The notes: a model not told the origin generated them from the sequence alone. Counted from the first letter of the stretch, positions 23,001-36,345 are shown. The stretch: DNA of 52,419 nt from Perkinsus chesapeaki ATCC PRA-425 (GCA_013115145.1 JAAPAO010000212.1:1-52419), one strand, 5' to 3'. Made by a program: numbers and translations.

Positions 23001-24697
23001 ATGTTTTTTGTGTCCAAAGATACGCGTATCTTTTCTAGTGCGCACCGACCTCGTATAATCGCTTCTTCCTCAACCTCGAGCTCCTCCTTATATCTTCGCG
23101 CCAGAATGCTGATCTTAGACCCTTCCTCAGCCTCGCCATTCGTTACGGTCTCATCATCAACCACTTTCCCATCTGATCAAGACTGAGAGGCCGCCTCCTG
23201 CTGATACCCCCTACCCGCCAATGTCTCCTCTCCCCCATCAAACTGGTTCTTCTGCTTAGTTGCCTGATAACGACAAGAACGATCGCTGCCGATAGATACC
23301 GCAAGATATATTATATATTATCAACTGTATAGTATATCCGCACGAAGGAGGACGGAGAACCAGAAGTCGCTTCACGATAGCAAACGACCGCATATATAAT
23401 TATAAATACGTCATTGCACGGTTTTACCTCTGTCGGTGCTGACATCAATGAAGCCCCTGTCTTCTTCAGACTCGTGCTTCGTTGCATCATCATCGACGGC
23501 CTTGCTCTGCTGACTGACGGTCGACTGACGTCGGCTTTCTGCTCTCCACCGACGCCCTCATTCCCCTCGCTAACATTTAGACGATTCCCCTTATTTCCGT
23601 CTTCTCGCCGTGGTGTAGTCGCTCGCTCAGCAGCCTCTTTACCGTCATCAGCTGTCTTGCGAGATGCTCTCTTTGCAAGCATCGGCTCGTCCTCCCCGAA
23701 AAACACGGTTCCTTCCTTCTCGCCACCTTCGGGCTCAACCGATACTTTCTTCGCCTTCGACCGTTTTCGTGCCGACGGTTTTTTGCCCTCATCCGGTTGC
23801 TCTTCCTCAGGTACGGTGCCCGGCAGTAGTTTCGGCGGCGCTTCCTCCGGCGGCCTCGGCTCGCTTGTTGGTGGTTTCTTGTCCGCTGCTGCTGTTGTTG
23901 CTTCAGGAACGACTCCGGTGAAAGGGGCGACCTTGTCCTGACTTCCCTTGAATACTATTCCCCCGAAGCTCTTCAATTTAGACGTCTTTGGGCTCTCCGG
24001 CGTCTTGTCCCCGGCTTCTGGGGGTTCCTTAACTTCAATTTTAACAGTAGCGGTATCGTGTATGGTGGCGCTCCTCTTGGTGGTCTGCGCGGCGGTGCTG
24101 TCTTTCTTGGGCGTGTTGGCAGTTGTAGCGAATTTCGCAGCGCTTACTGCGGCAGGTTGTTCAGTCTGCTCCCCAGTGTCTTGCATCATACTCGCCCGCT
24201 TCATCTTTACCGCTTTTGCTCGAGCCTTCACTGCAAGTATCCCACCCAGAGCGGCAAGTGTGGAGCCTTGACGTGTGGGGTTGCCGTTACTAGTGGCTGC
24301 TTGTCCGTCGCCGCCAGGAGGCTCTTCAACAGTCGAGGTTCTGGCAGAAGAAATCTTCACAAGTTGCGGTGGTGGCTCAGGTGAAGCGATTCCAAAGTGG
24401 TTTTGGAGAGCGGTTAGTTGTCGAAGCACGGGCTCCAATTTCGCATCCAACAACCGCGATAAACTTTTATCGATCATCGTCGACTGGTCCTCAGCAACTG
24501 CCTCGAGGATGTCGACGCTCATCTGAAAGATGGTTAATATTCCGGATCCAACAAGCCAGGCTTACCTCTTTAAGGGTCTTGGCAACTCCCTTCTCAATTG
24601 CCGCCAACAACGACTGATAGCCCCCTAAGTCGGTCCCAGCCGGCAAGAAGCCATTGATCGTGCCGGGAATTCCGCCAGTGCCTTTTCCTAGTACCAT
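14074..24697 (-). CDS. Large cyclic-nucleotide-binding-domain K+ channel with C-terminal ankyrin repeats; the distal ankyrin part (14074-18600) could be a separate gene
   Basis: S4 WLRLLRLLIVGR, filter TITTVGYGD, S6/C-linker YMNRHNVDNGVQQQVRQFIERLF, CNBD FAPGDLVFYAGDKAESMIFLVKG...GDYVGEKALF...CEVYELDR. Ankyrin motifs GHTPLHLAAIRGNLDIVTSLVDAG, GSTPLYIAAGSGQIEVIKKLIE and TALHGAVSAGHTEAVRVLLD follow. Confidence 0.75.
22095..22356. repeat. 27-bp AT-rich minisatellite (TAGAGAAATAAATCATAATATGCATAG) spanning an assembly gap (N 22174-22269), intronic
   Basis: Near-identical units on both sides of the N run; true copy number unknown. Confidence 0.95.
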
Positions 24698-25226
24698 TAG
24701 CTAGAGGTGTCAGAAACGTAGAGCCAGTGAAGAGCCGAAAGGCAGAAATGAGAAAGTAGAAAGAACAAAGGCTCTACAGAGGGATGAAGAGTAACTTTGG
24801 GGCGGAACTTGGACCGATATGATATCGCGCATTTCCGTTGAGAAATATCCAAGGAACTTCAAGTGCGCAAGAAAACATCCTTAGCTCGAAGCGTGCACGA
24901 TACGCCAAACGTTAAACGTTGTGACTGTTCATACGTTGTTTTTCGGGCGGCGTGTAATATATAAATAAATTGGATGAGAATATCATCATGTGTTGAATGA
25001 ATCTTTATTATGACAAGATTGTATCTTATTATTTATGTAGTGCGATGGTGTTCATCTCCTCTTTAAATTCACCAGCTGCCCTCGGGTTTGGTAATCTGGT
25101 CGCTAGATCGACAGTGTCACTGGTTTAGTTGCATCCTTCCATTCTCGTTTGAATCGATCGTCTCGCGCAGATGAGGGGTAATTCTGCCCCTCAAGATCGC
25201 TCTTTGTCAGTTCTGAGTTTGTCGTT

Positions 25227-28200
25227 ATGGCATCTTCCAGTAATGTGGCCGCTGGTCAGCAGCTCCAACCAAGTCATGGTCTCGCATATAAGATACTTCC
25301 CCTCAGCTTTCTAGGCTCGGCCAATTTCGGACTGCTAATACCTTATTTGGTAATAACACAACCTCACTTTCTGACACCTCTAGCTATTCTTCAACTCGGT
25401 CGTGGTGCTTAATCTCAGAGCTGTGCGATGTGATCAGAAATACCTTCTCCTCACCTTTTTTCGGAGTGGAAGACCCTTTTTCTCAGGTTCGCCTGAAGGT
25501 CGTTTACTTTGGCAATCTGTTCTGCAAATCAGATGACTTTTCCTGTGCCACAGCAGCTGCCTCGTTCTGTAAGACGCCCGCGATGCATTACCCCTCCCAC
25601 TTGCCCACTCTCAGATGGCTCCATTCTTAATGCAGTAATCTCGGCCACTATGATGGTCGGCGTCGTTGTAGTAGGCCGAGCCTCCGATCGTCATGGTCGT
25701 AAGCCATTTTTGATTCTGTCGTGTGTCGCTTTGGTAAGACCGTCCAGATAGTCTTGTTGGGAAGTGTCTTCCTTCCAGATTCTGCCAGTAATTGGTCTCC
25801 TAATTGGTCTCCGTCACAGCTCGCTTACCCTCTATTACATCGGCATGCTGCTCTCGGCTGTCGCAGGTCATAACGGATTCACTATAAATGGAAAATATAT
25901 TGAAATCTTAATTATTTGAAACTAGTGCTAATGTAGCCGGAGTCCCCCGCCATTGCCCGGGGATATTTCAACTCATACGAAATGGCCGTGTATAAGTATT
26001 CTCGTGACTCACCGAAGGTGCGACTAATTTTTTGCGAGTTTCTGTTGGTATATTTCGTCTAGTGCCGGCGGTTCTCATCGTTGGAATCAGGTAACTCTAT
26101 TATGGGTCCTCTCGTCGTTGTGACTGCATGTCTTGCTGATGCAGCTGCCGATGACCAGCCCTTTCGGTTGTGGATGTAATACTGGGTTACAGTGTTCTCG
26201 GTATAGCAAGCGGGAGAGGAAACCTTTCAGAATTGTGCCGTCTCCTGGGTTTTCCGACTAATCGTTCCTTGATCATTGGCCCTCCCTGGGTGTCCCGCTA
26301 AGCTCATCGCCCTCACCACGAGTCGATTTTGTCGTCCTCTGAAACTTCAATTTTATTTCCTTGTGACAGGTATTCGATGGTGGGAGGTCTTGTCATGTTG
26401 GGTATCGCCTTGTGGCCGATGATCGGTAATTTGTCGAATGCGTTGCTCGGTCGGGCCGGCTTTGCTCTGCTCTGCGCCGCCATCGGTGTTGTCGAAGTTC
26501 TATACATAATTTTTGTAATTCCCGAAACCAACCCAGCTCGGCATCACGTTCGGGTTGCCGCCGAGGAGGAGGTCGAAGAGGAGGAGGAGGAAGAAATTCC
26601 TCCGCCGCGGAACTTGGCCGACGCTCAGAAAGAGTCTTACATTCACATTTTTGGTAAAGCCGTTTCGACAAGGAAAGTGGCTCTGGTGACGGCCTGCGTC
26701 ATCGTGTGCCTGACGGACATCCAGCGCGATGGTTCCGCCGGAGTGGAACTGTTCTACTTGCAACAAATTGTGGACTTCGCACCAAAAGATATTTCGCTGA
26801 CGATGTTCCTGTCTGGCATTCTTGGATTCCTATGCAACTTGTTGATATTGCCGAGAGCGATTAAAAGTGGATGGATGAACGGTGAAAGAATGATGTAAGG
26901 CAGCAGGGCGGCGGCGGCGGTGGGTTGGATAAACTACTGCCTACAACATAGCAATATAATATATATTGCCAATTCTAGAAGGGGCTTCAGATTCGGGCGA
27001 TTTTGAGAAGGGTATGTTGTTATACTGTCGGTAGAGGCCAGTAGGCAGTATTAAGATGTAGCAGAAGTACGCAGAGGGACTTCCGCAGGACTGATGGTTG
27101 GCACAGGAATGATCGGAAGACATTAGTTATCATTCCATCGAAAAGTTATTCATTTATGTAATTGTCTCTCTTTTATGATGAAACTTCACTAAGCGGGAAT
27201 TGGAGAGTTCCTTAACAGAATGATTCAGATTTCTACATGTAACCAACTTTGAAAATACAAGTCAAATATCGTCGGAAAGCCCATCTTGAAAAATGCTTCC
27301 TAACGAAACTCTAGAGTGCTGCTGGGTCACCCGCGGGGATGTTGACAAAGTCTACTTAACTGTACAGAATGTATGTCGCATATTTTGGATGCCATCTGTT
27401 CACTTCATAAAATGGTTATCCCCGTGCGCAATTTTCTATTTTTCAGATACGCTGGTCTACTTGGTCTAGTAGTTTTCCAAGTTGGCATGTCGTTCACCAA
27501 GACAAAGATCGCAGCCTTCTGTCTGCTGCCGCTGCAAGCGGTTCCATGCTCCTGGTTCCCTGCCGGTCTCAGCGCGGTGCTTTCCAAGTGAGTGTATCTT
27601 TATAATGACTAATTTTCACGTTCACTAAGCCACAGATTGTATGTAAATAAATATTCATATTTTTTGATGTGGGAATTATCAGGCCTAATTTAATTGCATC
27701 TAATCCGATACTCTTGTAATATACTCAGTCATCGTTAACACAAGACGGTCGAATGTATTCTCTCATTGCGTTAACTCATTAGTCTTATTAACCTCCTCCA
27801 CTCATCAGGTTTTACGGCTCGGACAGGATCGGACATGCCCTAGGAATCGTCCAGTCTCTCACATCGCTGTGTGGGTGTGTCGGTCCTGTTGTTATCGGCT
27901 CCCTCTTTGCATTCACAAGCATAAGAGGCTACGGCGGTGTCACATTCCTGGCTGCTGGCATCGTAACTTCAGTCTCGCTTATCGTTGCTGTGGTAAGTGG
28001 GAATCGCATTTTCGCAACGCTGTTGATGGAGCGTGTATAAGTGACAAATTAAGGACTACGTCATTTGGTCCCTTTTTGTACTTATTTTGGAAGTACATTC
28101 GCCATTCCAAGATCAACGCATATCAGAATTCTAAGTAGTCTACGAAGTTACCATCGGTATTGCGGTTGGGGATGACAGGAGCTCTTATTTGCGTCTTTCA

Positions 28201-28441
28201 CACTGTGAAATAAACTCATTGAATGCTAGAGGCAAAACGTCTTTGTGTGATTGCTGCAACTCCTCAGGTGATGTTTGCCTCCCTGGAATCGAAGCGATTT
28301 GTGACAGCGAGTGACTCGGATCTCAACGCCCCGTTGGTGAACCAACAGCAATCCGCACCCCACAATCCATGGGCGGACGTCGATGCTATGAACTCGCGAA
28401 TCTACGAAGTGCAGAAGATGGGTCCTTTACCGGTTGATTGA
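25227..28441 (+). CDS. Major facilitator superfamily transporter (TetA/DHA1-like), multi-exon
   Basis: MFS motif A GRASDRHGRKPFLILS, multiple TM exons (GRAGFALLCAAIGVVEVLYIIFVIPET), and late motif ALGIVQSLTSLCGCVGPVVIGSLF. The exact exon set was not fully resolved. Confidence 0.85.
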
Positions 28442-29178
28442 TACTTACCAGTTTTTATACAATATTACTGATTGAGATGTATAAAATGTTGATGACAACA
28501 ATAGTTTCTTATTGTCAAAGTGAAAAGTTAATAGTCATTAGAGGCTGTTTGAGGATGAAGTGTGTCAAGGACTGCTCGTCGACCCAGTGACTTCAAATCT
28601 GCGGCGTCAAGCATGGATAAGAGTCCATCTTTCAAGCTCTGAAATTGAAAGGCAAAATCGGGTGTTGATAAATGATTGGAATAGCACAGACTCCAGAGGT
28701 CAAGATCGAAGAGATGTTCGGAGGACGTCTAAGATATACCGATACGCACATATCATTGAGTTACAGTTGTCAAGCTCAGCACCCTCGTTGGGGTAGAGTA
28801 ATGTCACATTACTAATGTGAGGAGCTAGTTTGCCCTGAGTGAGACAGTCGCGCTGTCCCATGCAGCATCTGGTGCGCTAACTTGCCGGTACCAGAGATCC
28901 TCCACACTTCGGTCGAACCGAGCAAGTCCGGTTTTAGTCTGCCTCGCACTCTACATAATTTATCGTTATCTCCCCAGACTGGAGAAACCAGTACATATTA
29001 TGTACTACATATATCTTACTATTCCGAAAAAGGACACACCCCGACGATGCCCGTCAACATGATATCAGCGCATGGTCCTGCCAGTAGTCTTGTTAACAAG
29101 GCAACACTTCGAAATTGGATAGAGCTAAGCCTAATATTATCCCGAGAATTTCTCCGCAATTTCCTGTAAGGCGACTTA

Positions 29179-29724
29179 TCAGTTCGCTGTGCCTACACAC
29201 TCTTCCTGGAATGATACCAGCGACATCTGTCCAACTTGGCTTACCAGGACCATGGTATTATCGGCCACGTCCATAGCTACGGACCAATAATTCGGGGCGA
29301 CAATCCTGCCAACCGTGAAGTCTTCGAAATTCGTCGGTTGTTGCGCAACCTTGTGTAGTCCTTTTTGTTGCACCTCCATACCATTGGCAATTGTGGTGTC
29401 AACCAAGCACACAGCTATCTCCCCACTATCAATACCAGCCACTTCCAATAACATAAGCGAATATGGCCAGGTGAGCAGCATCGTGAGAAGGGCCTCCGGT
29501 CAGGGGCTAGCTGTGATCTTTTCTCTCATGATAGCTTCATAGACCGTAGCTGAAGCTGCCCCAGTGTATGGCACAGCCCCTCTCAAGTCGAGTCTCAATG
29601 AGATCGTGATGGCGGAGTCAAATGTCTTTCCGGGCTTGGTAGTTATGGTGGTCGGTCGAGACCTTACCGTACCTATACCGTATAGGCTATACGGAAGCCC
29701 TTCACACAATTTGAAGGGAGTTGT
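29179..29724 (-). pseudogene. Unassigned ~180-codon frame broken by one TGA (29500-29502)
   Basis: ORFs 29500-29709 and 29179-29481 are in the same frame. No family recognised. Confidence 0.25.
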
Positions 29725-31275
29725 TTACTCGGTTGCGTCCATCTTAACCCCTTTATCCACTCGGAAGGGTCCTATCATCTCATTATCAACTATCGCTCTC
29801 CGGAAGTTTTGGGCCAAAACATTACTCCTGCTCCAATATGTTACCTAAGGTACTTTTCAAATTCATGACAATTTATGATTAGGTAAGGGTTTTACCTAAT
29901 GTCTTAAAGTTTCTAAAACTTAGTTTCGAGATTTGAGCCTCGGTTTTGAAGGAGATACCATGTTGTTACGTGACTGTAACACAAAGATAGATATTGAGGG
30001 AATAGAAAAGGGTATAATATATTAGCCTTTGGGGCTCTAAGCTTAGCTACGCCCAGGAAAACATCGCTTGGGCCTATAGTTCTAGTGCATGCCTCCGCTC
30101 TTTGCGTGGTGGCTTTTCCAGGATTACGTTTTTTGATCATAAGTTATGATTCATAACCAAGGAGAAGTACCAGTAATTGGTTATCTTCAGGCATTCTCTT
30201 GAGGACCTCACCCGGACTATACTTCCATTCTAGAGGCTCCCTCGGGCCGAACTCTGAGGCCCGAGGACTGTAATACAGTCACGTAAAAACATGGTGTATG
30301 CGTGAAAATGTATTTTGCCTATCAAACTTAAAAACCCTGTAGTCATCGGTTAGGCCAGTCTGGCCTGGCCAGAGGCCATGATATAACCAGTGCTTGTAAA
30401 GCAAGACTACAAGTTGTACCACAGTACCGATGGTTAGAGGATGCCGAACAGATATTTCCACACTGCGACTCGTCGATCTCGACATTTTACGCTTCCCTTG
30501 AAACTTCTGACTCGGACGTTGGTTGTGAGGCCCAAGCGAATAGCCCCAGCTCAGGACGAACGCGAATCGCGTACGCGATAATGAGGCGAAATTCGCCACA
30601 AAATCATGGTCGGCCCGGTTCTGCTAAGAGCTTTGGGGTGTTTGAGCCCGGGTCAATGGAGCCCGTGGCTCGGACGATGGTCAATCGCCACTGACCATGT
30701 GACTCGCATGAATTACGGACAGAGACTCAAGAGCGTGAGCATCTCCAAGTCGTTTTAAGGAACGGGTGCGTAAGATTTTTGTGCGGCTGCAAAAATTCTG
30801 TTACGATGACCGTGTTTCCCGGGAGCGGACGTAATCAGGATTTCGAAACTGAAAGACATATGGCGCCGCCGTCATGATTTTGACCGGCCAATCCTTGATC
30901 ACTCACGCCACGCGTGTCCCGAGCAATCTCCGATTGACCTTGCATTTAATGCGATCCTGAGAATCGCGTTCGGATCGGATCCTCTATTTTTCTGATTCTC
31001 GGTCCGAGAATCTCGGAATTGGCGGCTCATCCCCAGGAGGATTTCGGAAATCCAGGGCCAGGACTCCTCACAAGTCGCAGGTTCTAGAAACTCTGAAAAT
31101 ACTCTACCTTCTTTATTAATTGTAACACGACCCGTTACGGAGAGGCATGGATAACGTGACACTATGCACCCAATTATTTCTCACAGCAGATTGGTACACC
31201 GTACTGCATCACCACGACTATCTTCATTACAAACGGATCAACTCCGAAATCTGTTTGATTCGATCGAGAAAGCAC

Positions 31276-34200
31276 TCAGTATACTGTCCTAGCTTTCCAC
31301 ACTAAAGCTACTAATCCAATCAAGCGGAAAACGAGGAGTAAGGCTAACAGAAGGAGAATGTATAGCCATTTCAGGTCTGCTTCGACATCATTGGCTTCTA
31401 ATATGTATTGTCCCTGAAACCATAATCACTCACTAAAAAATGTCGTATCGGGAGACGGTATTCTTAATTCTTACTAACAATTAAGAATTAAAATTTATTT
31501 TTAAAACATAGCTCTTATAAGAATTATTCTTATATGAGCAGCTGCGGCGCCTCAGTTACAATTAGTAACATATCGAGGCGACCACAATAACAACCATCCA
31601 GATAATTTATCACGCTGTTCGGTGCAGACTTTGGCTTCCAGGGCCGAATTCAAGTCTAAGACCTGGAAATTCCGAGACAGGTTTTTTCGAAGTTGATTTT
31701 AATCTGGGTGTTTCGAAGCTCGAATGTGAAGATCCTTGTTAGCCTAGTAGGCTGCGTAGGCTGAGCCTAGTACGCAGCTTATGCATTCCGACTCACTCCA
31801 GGGTGGTCCGAGAACTCGGCTAGGAATAGTAGGTTCATCGCGTACTTCATCGAGCAGAGATATTGAACCCAGCGAAGGAACGATGGAACCTGAGAGAGAA
31901 TCACTCGCGAATCCACCCACAGTTTGGAATATCCAGCAGAATGACTCGTCCATAGGTCGGTGACTTCGAGCCGAATCTGAGATTGTCCCGAAGACTCACC
32001 TGACTAAGATCCACGAAGAATCCAGCGAATAGAATTTGTGGGACGAACAGAAGCGGCCCGGACTCCATGGCTGTCTTGGGGTTAGGAGCAACACATCCAG
32101 CCATAACCGCAGTGGAGGCTATAGCCGATGCAAGTAGAAAGACAGCGAACCACTAAAAACAATACACCAAGTGAAGTGTCACGAGAAGGGGCTAGCTTAC
32201 TATTTCCAGAAAAGGCCCATTGAAGCCCATCATATTGTACAAGATAGAAACCGAGATGCCGGTTTGTATGAACGCTACAGGCATTTCCACGCATGACTTC
32301 GAGAGGAAATACGCTCCCTGAAATGGCCTCGTAAACATGTCATGCGCATTTTTGCTGGGGCTGAGCACTCCTGGCTATAACTTAGCTAACAAGCAAGTCT
32401 TACCGCATTATACATGCCCGATACGTATTCCCGAAGGAAGGTAGCCCTCTCCAGGGGGAACGTAAGCAACAGAATCTGGCATGCTAGTCCTCTAGGTTAC
32501 TGGAGAATCATCCCTACCAGACCCTGTGCAAACATGTTGTTTATGGCTAGCAGCGTGAGAGCACCGATATGAGACTTGCTTACGGCTTGGCCACCACCTG
32601 ATTAGAGCAAGATGTAAAGCGAAATAGCAAGCCTAGAGGCCTTTCAAATCTTGAGGGCATCAACCCGAGAACCCTTCGCAACCAAAATCTTAGACTCTAC
32701 TGTCGCTCCTACAGTAGTAGTGAAAAGCCACTGGTCAATAGTGACTGAGGGTCACTGACCACCACAAGCGGCAATCATTAATAGTTAGATTAATAGGTAT
32801 CGGTGATAGCCTGGCTATCAACCAATTACGTTGATAGAGGCCTTAGTAACTCCTGATACTATCAGGAGGCTCTTGGGCTCTTGGGCTCTTGGGCTCTTCG
32901 GGCTGCTATCAGTGATAGTAGCCCCAAGAGCTGCTTATCCTAAAGATGGGTCAAAACAGGAATTCACTACGCAATGCGCACTACGCAGTGCAGAGGCTCC
33001 ACCATCCACTGAGTGGATTCCACTCTGCACTCATTTCGCTCAAATGGGGCTCATCAAATGGGCGGGGCGATCTACTCACTTGAACGTCCTCCAGAGTTGA
33101 GGTAAATGAAGCCGAATAGCAAATTAAGGAACGCGGTGAATCCAAACCGAGCTCTTAATGAATCTGACCATCAAATGAATCATCTGAGATGATCTGCTGA
33201 AGCCTGCGATATTGAGGTCTGCGGGTCTACACGCACTTGTGTCCCGAAAGAAACCTCTGATGTCGCGCTTCCATAGAGACGTGAACTGCACCTACCACAA
33301 GATGAGAAGTGACAAAGAGGCTCCTACCAAATGCTAGCATTTCTAAGGGATATCTCGGAAATTCCTCTGAGAAGTTTCGCTTACCAAGAACGACGATCGC
33401 TTTGAGCGGGCGATATCTTCGCTGCCGTCTTTCATTGAGCATTCTAGCGCTTCTGCTGCATTTTTCTGGCGCTCCGCCCAATTGGCTGCAATTAACTGAG
33501 AGCGACAATTGGTCGACCCACACTGACTTACCGGCGTCTCATATTCTCGTACACAACGAATCGTCCCTGGGAGCTGACAATCTCACCTTCATCTCTTCAT
33601 TTCCTAATGTCTGCGTTAAGAATAGAACATAGTCTGCTGGATTGAATGATTCCGGCACAGAGTGGCCCAAGTTTCCGAAGTACTCTTCGACCTTATAACG
33701 GCAATTAAGGCTTGTTACCCTTTTCTAACTAACCTCGTTCACGGGCCCATGGTAAATACAGTATCCTTCCCATAGGAAGAGTACATCATCAAACAGGTGA
33801 AACACCTCACTGCTCGGTTGATGGATTGTCGCCACAACGCTGATGGAATGACATGGTTTACAGACCGTTTCATAACACGGCATTCACCAGCGCCCGTTCT
33901 CATTGAGCTCTTTCAACATCGTGACGAGCTTGTAACTGCAGATACTACAAGTAAGCAAGCAGCCTCGGCTGCCTCCTGCGCGTGTAGGCTATCTTATGTA
34001 ATCCCACATGCGCAGAGTGGTATGCTGCGGCCCGCGAACTGGCGGAAAGTCGGCAACCAAATATTCGGGTTTACGCTTGTAAGGGGGGTCAGGTGGTCGG
34101 CTACTGGGCATCGAAATGGCTGGGAGCTTACGCGGAGAAAGAATCCAGTCCGCTAGTTGGTTCATCAAGAAACACTATCGGTGGATCATGCACCAGCTCC

Positions 34201-36345
34201 ACTGCTACTGCAGTCCTCTTGCGCTCACCACCTGAGCTCCAGATTACAATTGTCCCAGGGCCTCACGGGTGATTCTCCAACTGACTCTCCTCTTTAGAGT
34301 CAGAGCAGTTTGAAACTTCGAGTCCGAGTCGAGGTCGCCGAGTACGTTACTTGATATGCCTTTGATGTTTTCGTTTCCAACCAAAGAGTTCTGGCACTTA
34401 GCCAAACCGAGACTGCCAATCAGACGGTCAACTTTATCTTTTCTCGCGGCGGTGCTAATCTGCAATGAATAATTTATTAACACACCTTGATGAGAAGTTC
34501 AGCTGCTTTTCAGACAGGAATCTCCACCCGAGTTCTAAGATCTCGTCTATTCGTAGTGAAACGGTAATGAACAGTCACTCATAATGATGTACATGACAAG
34601 CAAGTCATGTACATCATGAAAATGACAAGGAATCCACGATTTCAAATCCTTGCTTGATACTCTTCTTATTAGCAATGCGCTGACCGCCGTTTGTCAAGTT
34701 TTCCACCCTCATCGAATGGAGAAGTTCTATCGGACTTTGTCGTTAAGAGAAGCCTCAAGTGTTCAAGGCTCATCTCACTCCTGGTATTCTGAGCCTGGCC
34801 GCGAATGATATGCTCTCGTTTGGTGTGGACGTGGCTAGCAGAGCATCATCCGACATGACGTATCTGATTGCACGGGGCTTAGCAACTGGTGTCTGTTCTT
34901 GGGAAAGTCCATGCGCGGAAGAAAAGTGCTTCGGTGATACACTGCGTAATACGCAGTTTGTTGGCAAGCCTCAGCGAGTTAATTGCTAAGCCTGCAGTTT
35001 TCGACATCCGTAGTCTAAAGAGTTTTGCCGATATCATCTCTTCAGGTATTAAATGATTCGTCGGATGGAATTCATAAGCTAATTTAACAGCCGTTGTTAC
35101 GAGAATGTTACGCTGCGGAACTTATGCGTAGAAGGCACGATTTCCACCCCTCGGGTTTTTCACCGTTGTGTCTCAATGGCGTGCAGGCCAGCTGCCCGCT
35201 GGCATCGGGGCCGGCATTGCTCATGATGAGACTCGCATGAAAATCTTACGCGAATTCGCTCTTAGAGTCAATGGGATTGATCGGTCTACCATTAATCTTC
35301 AACTCCACGCTCGAAGTTAAGCCCTTAGACTGAGAAGATGACCGTTCCACGAGTGAACATTATTATTCAATATAACTTGTATTGACGAAGGAGTACAAAT
35401 ATTAAAATGAAATGTAGTTAAACAGATCATAAAAAATATTATCAATATGAAAAAAATATATAATTTATATTCAAAATTTATATTATTAATTATGATAACC
35501 ATAATTGAAGTAATACATACGTAATCGCGGAGCGAGCGAAGCGAGCGGAGCTTATATTGCAGTGCGCGGTCGTTCGTGAGATAAATATAATCAATCGAAT
35601 AAGAATGTCGAATTTTTTGAGGAGCTCTTAGCAGTGATAACGACCGGCATCAATGGTACCTGAATCATTGAGCCTGGCTCAATGAGTAATACCCGTTCGT
35701 ATGCCATGGAGACACCCGTGATAGACTTTACTAAGTAAGCCTAGGGCTAGCAGTGTCTTACTTTACTGCTGGTTCTTCCCGATAAAACATTGAGGAATGT
35801 TGATTTGCCGCTACCGGATGGGCCCATAATGGCTGTCAAATGTCCCGGAGGGATAACCCCAGATAGATCGTTCAGGATCTGATCAACACGGGGAGTGACT
35901 TTTCGGGCGATTCTTCTCCTCGAAGCTCGCGATGGGACGCAGCAGCAATGGTTTTTCAACAACATGCTTTCAATAGCGTCATTGATCGACAGAATGACGT
36001 CGTGTTATGAACTCTGATAGAGTTACTCTAGCGATGCAGCCGCGGTGCTGGGCTAGCTCATCTGCAGCGCAGACTCTGCCGATCAAGACAACATCATAGT
36101 GAGTCTTACACCGTGTGAGGCTACCATCTACATAGCACGATTTTCCAGTCAAGTATTCGTTTAATGCTCTGAAATGCATCACATAGAAAGCGGACACAAT
36201 ATCCTCCTCCTCGCATACAGTTTAATAAATTTATTCTTTTTAATTAATAATTTCATCTCGACCTACTTTCTTGCTGCCCTCTTTAGTCATGACAGTGTAC
36301 TGCATGTCCGAATACTCAATGCACATGCCGCCGCGCCCTCCGGCA
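31276..36345 (-). CDS. ABCG (White-family) half transporter, multi-exon; start position uncertain
   Basis: Walker [10 protein letters not shown], Walker B/D-loop [13 protein letters not shown]-loop [46 protein letters not shown], and last [20 protein letters not shown]. All exons join in phase. Confidence 0.9.
32804..33024. repeat. Cluster of odd-centred palindromes plus an 8-bp tandem repeat in ABCG intron 32598-33079
   Basis: TGATAGCC-T-GGCTATCA; CTCCTGATA-C-TATCAGGAG; 19-bp imperfect IR at 32893-32931; (GCTCTTGG)x~4; CCACT-G-AGTGG overlapping AGTGGA-T-TCCACT. Confidence 0.85.
35526..35551. repeat. Extended GCGAAGC-family motif CGCGGAGCGAGCGAAGCGAGCGGAGC next to an AT-rich block, ABCG intron
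   Basis: Directly visible; the longest member of the motif family. Confidence 0.8.

Noticed and set aside
34864-34967. ABCG ORF segment VSPKHFSS...AIR as an exon or GC-donor intron
   Set aside because: A better GT-AG path joins exon 35332-35250 (KINGRPINP...EFA) directly to YVMSDD.
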